From Gordius albopunctatus (Eukaryota), in contig OZ193909.1 of the NCBI GenBank assembly GCA_964276515.1, forward strand, positions 17,484,001 through 17,548,000: a stretch of 64,000 nucleotides of DNA, given 5' to 3'. Below, piece by piece: positions 46,001-60,901 of the stretch. Below the pieces are notes generated by a model. That model was given only the letters and a program-made list of their open reading frames with translations, did not search any database and had not been told where the DNA came from. Made by a program: the position numbers and the translations under genes. Within the stretch, counting starts at the first letter, position 1, and every line of letters starts with the position of its first letter.

Positions 46001-49000
46001 ATGGTTAATGTAACTAATGTAATGCCACATGTGGCGGTTCTATTTTCTACACTTTAGGACCATGGGGGAGGGAATTAGTGAATAAAAAGAGACCTTACAC
46101 TAGGCAAGCGCGTCTGTAAAATGGCGCGCCGCATAACATCACTAAGTATTAGTAAACATCGCAAAAACAGAATGTACTCTAGTGTACTCCTATTTACAGA
46201 CATAGTTGAAAGAATTTTGATAAGGCGAAGTGTTTGCATTAACACATAAATTCATAAAGAGAAACAAAAATTAAAATATAGCCCTGTAAATTAATCAATG
46301 GTCTATATGATTATATAAATAACATTAAAAATAAATATAAAAAATGGCATGGTAATATAGCCTCTTAAGACGCAAAAAGGCATCTTTTGAACCTTTATCA
46401 TCATTTATCTCGAAATCTGGACGTCTTGGTGAAAAACTAAAAATGATTAGCATATCTCTATCAAAAATTTTGGTCCGATTGTTGCTGTGTTATTCGATTG
46501 CCAAAATTTGTTATCTTTTTAGACTTTATGATATTATTTCTTTATCGGCGAATTTAAGAACATAGCAACTGTAGCGGATATAAAAGAAGAATACCTATAT
46601 GGTAATTTAGCCCAAACTGCCGATTCGATTAAAATAGACATCAACCCTAAGAAAGAGGATAATTTTTCGATTTACGAGAATACCAACCTAGCCGGCGATG
46701 AAAAGGATATGATTAACAAGTTTCCCCTTACGGCATCTTTTATTTAATTTAATTATCTCTCCTGTTAGGTGTATAGATGAGATATTGGTTAAATTGATTA
46801 AGACTTCCATCAATGCAAACGATAACTTTTGTGAGCAGCTCTCCCCATCCCTTCTTTCCCACCTACGGAACTTGGTTCGACAAAGGTTGTGGTTCGAGAA
46901 AATAACTGACGAACAGCACATGCTTAAATGGGAATCGACGATCGTTGAAATGGCATTGAGGGTTATTGATTTTATTGAGTTACGTCCTACCGGAAATCCT
47001 GAATTTGATAACATATGTTCTTGTATCAAAATCAAAAAAATTTCCCCATCCTATCTTTATTTTTTACATGATGCCGAGCTAATGGAGAAAAAGGAAGAAA
47101 GGGCAATCTTTCTTTTTCCAGGCATAGTGTTTACGCAAAATTTGGTTCACAAGGATATGACAATGTTTTCGGCTAAGCCCAAATTAATGTCCATTGCAAG
47201 CCAACATAATTTATTGTTAGAATTACCTCAACCTAGTATATTAATGCTACGCGGTCCTATAGAATACCAGAGGGTCGAACACAAGCTTGCATCCCTCGAA
47301 CCCATAATAATGCAGGAGCGTGAATATTTAAAAAATGTGGTGGCCAAAATAACAGCTCTCAAGCCTGACATCGTTATAGTGCTCAAACAAGTTTGTCTCT
47401 TGGCTCGCGAACTTATGCTAGAAGCTGGGATTGCTTTGATACACAATGTTAAGAAGGAACAACTTTTCACACAACTCTCCATTTTAGTTGAAGCGGAAGT
47501 CGTACGATCTATGGAAGGTGGTCACTTGTTTTTTAAACCGAAAATGGGGCTGTGTAGAAGTCTAAAAATTGTGAAGGTTTACTCATTGGGAAGCAAAAGT
47601 AAAACGCTGGTATTTGTAGAGGCATATTCTGCAAGCGACCAATATATCTCAAAACCCGAAAGACTACCCTATTGTACACTTTTATTATCTACTTCGCGTA
47701 ACCTAAGAATTGCCGGAATTATTAAACGAATACTCCGTTTTACCATATATGCCGCTTATCACCTTAAGCTCGATGCAAGTTTCGGCGTTAGCTGCCAAGT
47801 CAAAAACGAAACCATAACAAAAGAATTATCCTACTCCGAATGGACTAAAGCTTTTAGAACATTAATGCAACTCAAAAATTTCTTATTTTATCCTGAAAAG
47901 GTCGCTGATGCTACTCTGATCGAAAATGATGTTAAACATTTGAGTCCTTCTGGGGAAACTCCAGACGCCTGCGTAAATAAAGTAGCTCTTTACCAATTGC
48001 TCCTTCTAAATATCTCGCTATCTGTAACCCCCGACGTTCGTTTTAAAATTCCTTATATGGATTGCTTAAAAGAACTAACGTCAAACCCTTTTCGAGGTGC
48101 GGATGATAATGCAAAGATGAAACATTACGCTTATTTGTCAAACATGATACCGTCTCGCCTGTATTTTTCTAAATTTTGGGATAACACTCCTGGGGAGATT
48201 TTGTTGCCTCCTAACTGTGATTCAAATGAGAAAAATGATGTTCCTATAACGAATATCTCTGAAACTAAAGATGGTTTATTATTCCGACACTTTGTTGAAT
48301 CATCCGATGATTTAGGAGATTATTTAGCGCGTTTTAGGTACGAAGATGAATACATGGTAACGCCCAACAAGGAAACGGAAGTTATTGATGAAAATCATAA
48401 CCTTTTACAAAATTCGCCACCTGATTGCTTCGATATAACGTCTTTACAAAGGATACACTTTTTGTTCTACAGTTTCTCTACCAACTCTACCAATTACCCT
48501 TCATACTGTATATCTCCTTGGATCGTTAAAATGAATTTTTACGGTTTGCACGATATAAGCCTTCACACCTTTTTGTTTCGATTTTGTTTTGATCCGAATT
48601 ATCAATGCCCGAGCAGCGTTTGTCAAGCTTCTTGCTTGACCCACGTACGTCGGTTCGTCCACGATAATCGGAGTATTAACATCACTTTACTAAATTATGC
48701 GAGCGATGGGGTGAAAAACAAACAATTTTTTTCAGCAGACGTGATCATCTATTGGACTGGTTGTAAAAAATGCGGGGTTCCTCTTACCGGTCCCAGTTGT
48801 ATGTCACGGTATGCTAAGCAACTTTCTTTCGGGAAGTATTTAGAATCCTTGGCTTATGGACGGACCAACGATGGAAACACTTGCAAGACGTCTCAGTGCT
48901 CTGATGCTTCCATCGAAGCGAGAGCTACGAACCTGAACCATTTTTTTGCTTACCGTTCCGTAGTGGCCTGTTTTACATGTCAGAATGTTAAAATAGGTAA

Positions 49001-51287
49001 CATCGTTTTCCCACCTTCTCAAATAAACTTTTACCAAAATCTTTCATCTGAGTTTAGGAGAACGTGTTTAAATGACGTCGAATGCCTAACCGTACTGGGT
49101 TACAACGTTTTTAATTCTATTAATGAACGAATTCTCTTATATGGGACTGAAATACTTAATCAATCTTCTTCGCCTCTTGAACAAGATAAGATTAACGAAA
49201 TGTGTAGCACACTCGAACGCGACAGGACGGCTTTTAAGGAGCTACTCGAAGGTTCGCAAATTATGTTGACAAAAGTTCCAAGAGCGCAACTCATGAATGG
49301 ATCAAAACCTGACTCGCAACTCTGTTCGGAAATTGATGAAAACATGTACGTTATCGAAAATCTTTTGTGCGAAGCCAAATCTCTACTCGTTAGATGCATC
49401 TATTCTTGGAATCCCAGACTTAGCGACATGTTTAACATGTGGAAAAGTGAAAAATCTGGTAAAAATATGGGCAATACATCTCTAGACAAAGATATAGAAA
49501 AGGGGAAAATGAGGGAGTCTAAATTCAAGCAGACTGATATTGCTGAAAGTTGCCTTAATAATACTGCAAGCAATATAGCGACCATTAGTAGTCAAGTCCA
49601 GGATAATAAACGATCCCAAGAGGGAAAATTAGATGAAATGTTTAGCGTTGGTAAGAAATTGGACGCCACAATTTGTGACGTGGAACAAGATAACCTCGAA
49701 ACAAATAATTTAGGAGATTCAAAAAAGGACGTGACTTTTACATTTAACATCAAAAATAAATTGTCCGCTTTAATATCCTCAAGTTCATTCGATCCTATAC
49801 CAACTCCATTCTCCCCCTTTGAACATTACAATCTACCATTTAATGCAAATGACCATTTGCGAACTATGGTTTCAGAGGAGATGCCTAGCTCAATCATTGC
49901 TTTCGCCCTATCTACGATGGAGTACGAAATTCGGTTAAAGGAAATAAAGCGATTTAGCGGAACTCTCATCGAACCTTCTATTCCTAAAACAAATTCTCAT
50001 TTAATTCAGCCACAACAAACCCAAGTTTTTGGCGAAATGGACAATAATTTACAATTTAAATCGAATGAAAACACCGGTAGTACAAAAAATTCAAATAATA
50101 TTAGCTACATTCCTACATTGCAAGATAAAGAAAAAGATTCCCGTGAATCACAACAGCGTTCGCAGCATATTGAAATAAACTTTCAAGACGATACCACCTC
50201 TGCTAAGTTTTATTGTAAAATTTATTTTGCAAACGAATTCTCACGCCTACGAGCTCTACTTTTTCCTAAAGGCGATATTCAATACGCTCGTTCTTTATCA
50301 CGGTCGATTAAATGGTTTACAGGAGGGGGGAAATCTGGTTCAAGTTTTTGTAAAACCAGCGATGGTCGCTTCTTAATCAAGCAAATGTCACGCCTTGAAC
50401 TTCAATCTTTTTTAAATTTTGCAATCCCTTACGTCGCCTACCTTAAAAATTCCATGAGGACTTCAGCAATTAATAAAAAAGAGGAAAGCGGTTGCCTTGT
50501 TAATACCATTGCCTTGGCAAAAATAGTGGGCGCATATAAAGTCAGCTTTAAAAATTTGGTGAATAATACATCGGTCAAACAAGATTACATCGTAATGGAA
50601 AACCTATTTTACGGTAAACGATCGATAAAACGTGTGTTTGATCTCAAAGGATCAGTCCGGAATCGACTTGTCAATGTTGACCTATTGACGCCGTCAACTA
50701 ATGAATCGGAAACTTTTGACAAAACCACTAATCGCGTAAACCTACAAGATCAGGCATCCTCATTTGGTACATCAGAGCCAAATACGTTTTTAGAATCTGA
50801 AACTAAACGCGCGGCGGAGCCTGAATGTCAAATACCGTTAAACAATTTTGATACATCCGACTACACTAAGGATGAAAGGAAACCGCAGATACCTAACGTC
50901 GTTTTATTGGACGAAAATTTTATAAGGATGACGTTGGAGACACCTTTGTATATCTACCCCTTTTCCAAGATGGTTATCATCAACACATTAGAACGTGATA
51001 CTCAGTTTTTAGCTGATCATGAAATTATGGATTACTCACTTCTCGTCGCTTGGGATGCCGACTCTGATGAATATAGTATAGGGATCATCGATTACATCAG
51101 ATCTTTCACCTGGGACAAAAGGTTAGAAATGGTCGTAAAAAAGTCTGGATTGCTTGGGGGCCAAGGCAAAACTCCCACTATTATATCGCCCCAGATGTAC
51201 AGAGCGCGCTTCATAGACGCTATGAAACGTTACTTCTTAGCCACGCCTGATCACTGGTACAATCTAGCCACAATCCCAAACATATGA
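43047..51287 (+). CDS. PIKFYVE: 1-phosphatidylinositol 3-phosphate 5-kinase (FYVE, DEP, CCT-like, CHK, PIPK domains)
   Basis: WMPD..CYEC..RRRHHCRICGQIFCSKC FYVE; DEP-like exons 43841-44326; GGKSGSSF, DLKGS, IMDYSLL, GIIDYIR..TWDK; final exon 46769-51287; start and middle exons approximate. Confidence 0.95.
44900..46470. mobile_element. Old TIR element in the long PIKfyve intron
   Basis: Degenerate inverted match between ~44905-45000 and ~46375-46465. Confidence 0.45.
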
Positions 51288-51579
51288 CGGCCATGCATCC
51301 TTTTTATATTTAGGTTATTTATTTGAAACTGGTTTATATTTATTTTTAATTCGAAAATGTATAATTTAAATAATAAATTGACTATGTCTTTAGTTTTGTA
51401 AGATAAAAGATTTGTCTTTAGTGGTTTACAAACGATTATCTTTATATTTCGAATATTATAAAAAATTTAGTGTCCAAACACATGGCTGTAGGAAGGCAGC
51501 GTTCTCTCTATTTAATTAAATTATGCTCTGAAATTTTGCCTTATTATTATAAAACCCTCAACCCCCCCTCCCTCTTCTT

Positions 51580-52970
51580 CTTATTTATCAGTTATTTGGT
51601 CCCACAGTCGTGGGGTTTGTTTTGATGTTTCTTCCATCTTGACCGTGTGAGTGTCATGTCTTGACTAATCTTTTTAGTTTTCATAACTTTGTCGACTTGC
51701 CCTTTCCACGTGACACGGGGCCGTCCTCTTCCTTTCTTTCCCGATACCTCCATGTCCAGTACTTTTTCATTTAAGTCATTCGTGTACCTTCTTAGTATAT
51801 GCCCATACCACCTTGGCCGATTTTCGTTAATCATGTCCGTCATAGGTTATATACCCATTTTTCCATGAGAAAATCATTCGTCACATGGTCGAGCTTAGTA
51901 TATCCCATGCTCCACTATATATTTTCTTCCATAGGGTTTAATCATAGACTTAATAGACTGCTCATTCCCTTTAAAAAAGTGATGCCAATTTCGACCGCCA
52001 TGTTGAACTAATATTTTTGTTTTCCTAGAGTTCTAACAGTTTATAGATGCACAGCATGTCATTCTATGGTTTGTTTTCTTTTTTCCTATAAACACTAAAA
52101 TATAATTATATATAGCATCTAAATAATTTACCTGTGGCGCTTGTTATTTATTTCAAGATGGGTACTTTTTTAGCTTCAAATTATTCATATGTTTGCATGC
52201 TCAATGAGCAGTCTATTAAGTCTATAGGTTTAATGCCCATGTTTCACTTCCTTAGAGTAACACCGGTTTTAGGATAGATTTGTAAGCCTTGCTCTTTAAC
52301 TGTATTGGAATTTTCTTGTCGCACATTACACCGGATATACTTCGCCATTTAAGCCATCCTTTTAGGACCCGGGCATTGACTTCCGTTGCGCAACCTCCCT
52401 CTTCATGTAGCATCGAGCCGAGGTATGTAAACCTATCTAGTGTTGGGCACTTTCGATGGCCATCCAGCGATGGTGTGCCTGTAACGTTCATTTACATGTG
52501 TACCGTTTTTTAATCGCTGAGTATATTTTCTCCCTTTTCTCTTCGCATAGTAATATTATCGACATATAACATACACCATGGCGATGGCTTTTAAATGCCT
52601 CTCGCTATGGTATCCATAATTAAATTTAATAAAAAGAGACTTGAGGCAGATCCTTGATGTAATCCAATTCCATTCCGAAAAGGCTTACAGTCTCCAACTG
52701 TCGTCCTAATGCAAGAATTAGAGGATTCACAAAAACATTTTTCATATGCCTTATATATTGGTTAAGGGCATTTTGTTTTTTCAGTCACCATTATTGAAAA
52801 CGCGAGGGACCGTGTCATAAGCTATTTCCAAGTCGATAAAGACCATATGTAGGCCTTTTCTTTTCACCATATTTATCTATCATTTGTCTTAGTGCGAAGA
52901 TTGGGTCGAGTGTGGATTTTCTGGCCACAAATCCGAATTGCCGATGTTTCCACCTAGTTTTCAGCCTTGT
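51580..52970 (-). mobile_element. Decayed RTE LINE 3' half
   Basis: FTYLGS, KWRSISGVMCDKKIPIQLKSKAYK, RWYGHILR, GRGRPRVTW; GAA-repeat tail. Confidence 0.88.
51943..52226. mobile_element. hAT-type MITE inserted in the RTE (relative at ~53425-53690)
   Basis: TIR ATAGACTTAATAGACTGCTCATT; 8-bp TSD GGTTTAAT. Confidence 0.82.
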
Positions 52971-54638
52971 TATATGTTTGGTATACAATTCTAATAACTT
53001 AAATAAAGCTAATCAGAATTGTGGTTATAAAATTATAATTTATAAAAAAAATTACAATTTATTAAGTTATGTCAATCCAATATTTAATAAATCTGTTGTA
53101 CAATTATATCACTTACTATAACTCATAGCCTTCCTCTTTATATAGATGAATTAATTCGTTTTCCCGTTATCTGATTCCTTCATAGGCAAGTAAAATATAA
53201 AAATTAATTTTAACGATGACATCTTAAAATTCTAATTATTTCAATAGCGATGTAAAGAGGATTTGCAGCATCTGAATATCGCATCGTTAGCACTTCAATT
53301 GTTCTCATAACCTAAATATGGCAGGGGAATTAGTTAGCAATAAGTCTGCAAGTTATTTCTTTAAGTCAGCATTAAGGAAAAAGAAAAGGAAAAGGCAATT
53401 ATTTCCCTGTTTATGACAGACTAATAGACTGCTCATCTCCTATATATTCACGCATCAAAAAGGTTGCCTAAAATGACCGCCATTTTGATAAGTGAAGTAG
53501 ATTTTGTATAGCGAGCATTGCATTGGACAATAATCATTGATCTTATAACATGAAACAACCCATTTTAATCATTATAGCGATTTAAAAAATTTATCAAACC
53601 ATATAAATTGGCAAAAAAATTAATGTTTCACTTATCAAAATGGCTGCCAAAATTGGGTAAATTTTTTAAAAGGGAATGAGCAGTCTATGGTTTATGACCA
53701 TTAAAATATAATTGAATTATATTAATTGCTCAATAGATACAATCCTAAGCGCAAGGGGGATGTCAAGGAAGTAAAAGAAAAAAGAAGGCAATTATTTCTT
53801 TACGGCCAATGGCCGTTTTCGGTAAGCAAATGCTTACAATGATCAAACGTCAATTTGATCTACAAGTATGATCTGTATGTAACAGTGGCGTAGCTAGCCT
53901 TTTTGACTTGAGGGGGGGGGGGGCTGAACGGGGTCAAACCGTGGGCGTAAGTAGGGCGGGGGGGGGCAAAAAAATTTTCATTACAAAAACCCTTAAAAAT
54001 TAAAAAAAAATTATGTTTTGACTCCCCCTCCTAATTAAACTTAAAACATTTTCGCCGCCCCCCTAATCCAAAACCTGGATACGCCCATGGGTCAAACGCA
54101 ATTTAAACTTTTTTTCCTCATAAACGTTGGACAAACTTAAAATTCCGCTACTACTTTGTGTATTTTTTATAATAACATCACACTGGTATGTCTCAGACCC
54201 TCGTGTTTATAGGGTATAAAATAAATAAAATTTATTCATAAATATAACAAAATAATTTAGTTGAAACAATATAGAAAATTTCACATGGGATAATTAATTT
54301 TTGTATAAATGAATTGTAAGGGCACAAATTGGAACGGGGATAATGACAAAAAATCTTTGACATTTTAAAAAAGGATACAAATAGTAAAAAAAACTATACG
54401 ACAAAGTTGTTATAAAAATATTTTATTACCACGACCCCAAAAAATTGTGGCCATATATATAACAAATTTTAATTTTACATAAGCAATATTGGCAGCATTT
54501 ATATCAGAAAGCATTTTTTAAGGTTAGATCCTCAAAGGGCGAAATTATAACTTAAAATAAAAAGAATTAATTATGAAATTAAAATTCGTTCGAGAATGAG
54601 TATTTAGAAGTTATTGTACCTGATGATATTATAGATAA

Positions 54639-55872
54639 CTAGCTGACCCAGCAAACGTTGTTTTGCTATATACATTACTAGATGAACCCGGCAAACGTTG
54701 TTTTGCCATTTACCCGGGTGTATTAAATTATGTTGGAATTTTAAGGCATATATGATGATAAAGCGGTTATTGAAGTAAAAATAAAGTTTGATGTCTATAT
54801 GTTCTACTTCTATTGTTCTATTTCCGTATAATAGATTAAGAATATATCAAATATAATTGGTAAGTGTTTAATATGCAAAAATTATTAAATAAATAGTTAA
54901 AGAGGGTCCAAGGCCCAGGCCCACCCAAGAGAGAAAACCTGACCCCATGCCCCCCCCCCAAGGGAAAAATCTTTGGCCCCCTGGCCCTTCAAGCAATTTT
55001 TTTAATTTTTTCTAATTGAGAAACAATATCATAATTATAATTATTTGTTTCTGAATAAAACTTTTAATTCTGAACTTAATAATGTCCGAAGAACTGAGGT
55101 ATATCAATATTTATTGGCACTTTGTTAAAAGTATTTTCATTTTTTCCTTATTTAACGCGCAAAAAATGATAAAATGAGATTTTTGAATTTATTTAGCCAT
55201 GCAGGAGGGGACACCCGTCCTATAATAATAATTGACGTGAAAAATAAGAAAAAAATGACTTTGATTTAATATTTCAAATCGTAAAAGGTTTCCATTTTCC
55301 ACAGCACATGCCTACATTTATCTCACTACACTACCTACAGGCATGACGGTCTAAAAAATACTATAAGTGATACACTTTTACTAAAGAACTGTATATTCAA
55401 ATTTTCAAAAACACGATGAGGTTGCGTTTGATTGACATTCTATTAAACGTCAATACGTATAAAACAAAATATCTCGGTAACTACTTGACCGATTTGGCTC
55501 GAACAAATCTTAAAAAATGCCCCGGAGTGTCAGGAATAAACTGAATTTTGAGCCAAATCAGTCTGGTAGTTTTCCAAAATTGGTGGCGGCATACACACAT
55601 TGTTTCATATTTATATATAAGATAGATGAATCCGGCAAACGTTGTTTTGGGGTGTATTAAATTATGTTGAAATTTTAGGGCATATATGATGATAAAGCGG
55701 TTATTGAAGTAAAAATAAAGTTTGATAATTTTTAAACAAATAGTTAAAGAGGGTCCAAGGCCCAGGCTCACCCAAGAGAGAAAACCTGGACCCATGCCCC
55801 TCCAAGGGAAAAATCTTTGGCCCCCTGGCCCTTCAAGCAATTTTTTGTAATTTAAAAACAATATCATAATTA
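54639..55872 (-). mobile_element. Tandem non-autonomous Helitrons
   Basis: Hairpin+CTAG ends at 54639 and 54678; TC 5' end at 55622 joined directly to the next copy's 3' end at 55623. Confidence 0.75.
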
Positions 55873-56044
55873 TGCCTAAATATTTTTACAAGATTTATTA
55901 AATATAGAAGCTATAAATTAGCAAAATCTGAAATTCCTAAGGATGATAATAAAAATGTAGAATTACTCCATTATATAAAAATTCAGGATGAAGATCTGGA
56001 ACAAAACGAGCAAGAGTGGATTGAATTTTTAAGACTAAGGATTT

Positions 56045-57605
56045 AATCCCTCTTCTTCTTTATCAGTTATTTGGTCCCACATTGGTGGGATTTGTTTTGA
56101 TAAGCTTTTTCCATCTTGACCGGGTGAGTGCCATATCTTGACAAATCTCTTTAGTGCCCTTTCCACGTGACACGGAGTCGTCCTCTTCCTTTCTTCTCCG
56201 GCACCTCCATGTCCAGTACTTTTCGATTTAGGTCATTCGTGTCCCCCTTAGTATATCTCCATACCACCTTAACCGATTTTCGTTAATCATGTCCGCCATA
56301 GGTTGAATATTCATTTTTGTCACGAGAAAGTCATTCGTCAATCTTAGTTTACCCCAAGCTCCACCGTAGAATTCTCATCTCTATGGCTTTTATAAGCTTT
56401 CCTTCCCTGGTGTTTAATGCCGATGCCTATTAATCAATTTTTAATTCCTTAATTAATTTATTATCATAATGTCAAGTTCGACAAAAAATAAGGTTTTTTT
56501 AAACTCACTTTGTTGTTCACGTGTATTCTATCTTTATTTAATTTTTTTAATAATCCACAGTCCAGGTTTAAAATGCTACATAAAATGACCACTGTCTTGC
56601 GTTAATTTGTATGAGTAGTCCGCCCCGAAGCGAAAAGCCATTTTCATTTTTGCATCCGAATTGAGCCCGGAGCAACATCATTAATCTCGGTTATTTCCGA
56701 AACATGCGAATATCCCCTAACTTCCTAAGCAAATCCTCCTTTTTGTTTAAAATATGCCTAGATATACAAAATTAAAAACTGAGATCATTGCCCACAAACC
56801 TTACTTTGGTCAATAAGCTATCAGTGTACTCAGATAATTCATAAAAACTTAAAGCAACCGGTATAAGCATGGACGTAGCCAAGCCCTTAAACATTAAGGT
56901 CCGTTTTCCTCCCCTGCCTAAATTTCACAGCAAATTAAATGTTTTTCAACGAAGTGAAGAAGAGTTTAGGTTAAAGGCTTCTTAACAAAAAACAACACGG
57001 GGCCAGGGGCGCTACCTAACACCAAAGAACCGAGGACAATAACCTTGTTAGGAGTTAGGCCGAAGAACTGAGATATATCAACATTTATTGGCACTTTGTT
57101 CAAAGTATTTTCATTTTTCTCCTTATTTAACGCGCAAAAATGACAAATTTAGATTTTTTTAATTTATTTAGCCACGCAGGAGGGGACACGAGCGTCCTGT
57201 AATAATAATTGACGTAAAAAATAAGCAAAAAATGACTTTGATTTAATGTTTCAAATCGTAAAAAGTTTCCATTTGCCTACATTTATCACACTACACTACC
57301 TACACGCATTTCTAGAAAATACTATAAGTGATACACTTTTACTAAAGAACTGTATATTTAAATTTTCAAAGAAGACAATAGATACGCAGTACGTCATTAG
57401 GTTGCGTTTGATTGACATTTTATTAAACGTCACAACATATAAAACTAAATAACTCGACCGTCTTATGACTTAGAGATTTGGAATATAGTTTAAAACCTAG
57501 GCTCGGGCCTACCAAATATTCGCAGAAATTTCCATCTAATTCGGTCCAGCCGTTTTGGAGGAGTTGAGAACCAAACACCGTGATACGAGAATTTTATATA
57601 TTAGA
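56045..57605 (-). mobile_element. Second copy of the RTE-fragment + Helitron-like composite repeat
   Basis: Collinear with 9745-11500; 5' TCTAATATATAAAATTCTCG. Confidence 0.65.
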
Positions 57606-58778
57606 TTTGCAGCTCTCCCCCCCCCCCCCTTTACACCACCTGAAAATTAAAATGAACTAATAAATTTAACGGCTAAATGAACCTTAAAAATATTCTGTCA
57701 AAATTAAAAGTATCAAAATTTTATTTAATAAATTTTAGATGAAATTAGAGATGTGAGATGCACTGAACAACTTAGCGTTAATCCAATGATACACCAAAAA
57801 AAATTTTTAGGATTTTTATCCCTTTAAAGTCTTGATGCGTTAAAAATTGTCCATAAAATTCAGGAATTTTTTATTAATATTAATTTATGAAACTTATGAA
57901 TGGTGAACTTTTATCAGTAAACTTCTTAGTGTTCCGAATCGACAAATATGGCATACAAATTAGAACTTGATAAACAAGTCGTTTACCCTACCACGCCTAA
58001 TAAATTTTGAAACAAACCGGTTTGGGTCAGAAAACATATCACGTTAACATGGCCTAAAGGAAAAGTATTAGCAAGAAATGGTTTGTTATCTGATAAGATT
58101 AGGCGTAATGATGCATTTATGCATAAGAGGGCTGATAAAATAAGGAGATGAAGTAGTTAGAAGTCAAAAATTACCAAGTCCAACTTCAGTCGCTTTAAAA
58201 CGATCCGAAAAAGTTATTGCCCATAGAAAGTGACACAGCGGTTTTTGCTTTGCATTTTTATAAAAATAGAATAAGATATATATTTGGCGACTGTTCTAAT
58301 GTGTTTGGTATAGTTAATTTTTTCCATAGAAAATATTAGAACAAACTAAGTAAATAAAAGGACGAATTTAAAATATGGCTCTAGACAATTAGCTAGCGAA
58401 TATTAGAATTCTCAAAGGTTTAGCACAAAATTTAACTATTCGCAATTAATGTTAAATTCAAAGGCCCCATCTTAATTTTTATTCGCAATTCTCCAGTTCA
58501 CATTTAAGTGGTCATATGTATAAAGCATAGCAAACTATTTTTTGCTTAAAGTAAATAATCTTCCTTAGATTCACTTTCTGATTTTTCATAATGATAAATT
58601 TTTTATAAATGATATAATTAACTAACTTTGTTATAGCGTGCCAACGCGTGATTGTAACCTTAGCATTCATTCCTTGGTAATTAAAAAGTTATCAATGTTT
58701 TGGCTGACTTTAGCCTTTGTTATATAAACTTTTAAATTATATGTAATTTATAACCCGATGGTATAAAATTAAAATTAT

Positions 58779-60901
58779 ATGTTATCAACAAATATGACGT
58801 TGGAAGATTCTTTTATATCTCAAGAACTCAATACAACTACTGATAGCTCCAAATATTGCCAAACTTTTGATGAAATAGATGAATCTTCTCATGATTCAAA
58901 GTGTGAAAGAGAAATAGGATGCGATCATTTACATCCTTCACCAAATTGTGATTTTTGTCCAAAAGATTCTACGAAATTTTTAAGCCTCAACCCAAGATGT
59001 TCAAAATTTGAAGATGACCAGACTACTTCATTTAATGCCAAGAGTATTTGCAATGGTGTAGATTCTAATCTAAATGGTAAAAAAAGTTCTAGTCATTCAA
59101 GATTATCCTTAAAAAAAGTTTATCTTCAGCCATTTATTCATCAAGTTGGGGGACATCTTTGTATGCTCAAATATGATAAAGATACATTATGTAAACCATT
59201 GCAAGAAAAGGAGCAAGAGTTCTATGAAAACCAAGTACCAAATATACTGAAACCTTTTATTCCAACATATTATGGTATTTTTAAATTTTTATTTGCATAC
59301 AACAAAATATACATATATATATGAATTATCAATACAGATCTATATTAATATATTAAAATACCCTTTATCTTTATTGCCTAATTATAGTATATTAACTTTA
59401 CTTATAGTTTTAATTTATTACTGCTCTTTTATATAGTTAGATAATATTTTTATTGATCTTTAAGGAACTATTAAAGTCCATATTGAAGAAGATGAACATG
59501 GTTATGTGAATTTAGTCACTTCAGTCAATGATCTCACCAATAATAAGTGTGATGGATTGCTAGCAAAAAATCAGAATAATTCTTTTGATCTGTAAATAGC
59601 ATGTTTATTAGTTTGTCCTTTTACTCAATTGTTTTATATAAAATACTTTATTTAGACTATCATCAATTCAAGTGAAGATGAAGTCTACCGGCAGCTTAGA
59701 AGTATTGGATCCCTTGATGCTGAATCTTTTTGAAAAAGCTGACCCATTTAAGACCAATGATTCTTCTTTTAAATGCAAAACTTATTCATTCAATCCTTGG
59801 AGTTTAAAGCGACACAAAGAACAGATTGTTTCAATGAGAAATAATAATGACATAACTTATAGTAATATGTGATGTTAATATAAAATGTCTTTAATTGCAA
59901 AAAGTATAATAAAATTTAGGGGATATTAATACAGTTGGCACAATGAAATTACCATTTTGTTATGTTATCTTAGAATTCATTCGTCTCGAGGATTTAACTG
60001 CAAAATTTAAGTACCCTTGTGTGCTTGACCTGAAAATGGGAACGCGACAATATGGCGACGACGCACCCGAGCAGAAAAAAATAACTCAAAGGGCCAAATG
60101 TCAAGCTAGTACCTCGGCCAGTCTCGGGATTCGCATATGTGGTATGCAGGTATGTCATTTTGGGAATAAGATATCCTAAAAGCCAGTATTTTAAACTTAT
60201 CATTCATTATAAAGAGTGTTCTCCCGGGTTCATTTTATATATCGATTTTTAAAATAATTTATTTAAATGCTTAGGTGTCACAACCCTTTACTTATTAGAG
60301 AACACGAATTTTTAAATACTAAGCTAAAAATAATACAAATATAATGGCCTAAAACGTAAATACGAAACAAACGCAGGTTTATCAGCCCGAAAAGGGGGCC
60401 TTCTTTTGTTACGACAAATACATCGGGCGCAAATTAACAGTAACGGAGTTTGAGCAATCCCTACGAACCTACTTAGCCACGAGCGTATCTAATTGCACTA
60501 TTCACGGTGGACCGGACGTGGTGGGTGCCATATTAGAAAGGCTTAAGGCTCTGAAACAAGCCTTGCTCACTTTAGACAGTTACCGCTTTTATTCGAGTTC
60601 TCTCCTGATTATGTACGAAGGAGCTGCCCCACCTCGCTCCAACGGCGAAGATACAAGTCACGGGAAGAGGCACTGCAGTTGGCGATGCGCCACCGCAGAT
60701 TCCTTAATAAAGGTAAAAATGATCGATTTTGCCCATTCCACCGGAGACCCTAGCCAAAATCTGCCCGTTCATACGGGTACTGATAAGGGCTATCTATTCG
60801 GACTCACCAATCTCATACGGATCATAGAATGCACGCACGAAGAACAGTCAAAAACTCTTTTGGTTCCTAAGGATGGAACGGCGATTAAACAGCTTTCATG
60901 A
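58779..60901 (+). CDS. IP6K: Inositol hexakisphosphate kinase-like (exons 58779-59274, 59465-59591, 59656-59861, 59974-60149, 60377-60901)
   Basis: [30 protein letters not shown]; frame-consistent GT-AG introns. Confidence 0.92.

Noticed and set aside
46785..51287. Long intronless ORF as horizontal transfer or a processed pseudogene
   Set aside because: It splices in frame to upstream intron-containing FYVE/DEP exons and is a standard eukaryotic gene
43047..60901. PIKfyve and IP6K as a functional inositol-kinase cluster
   Set aside because: Unrelated kinase families 7.5 kb apart; adjacency alone gives no evidence of co-regulation
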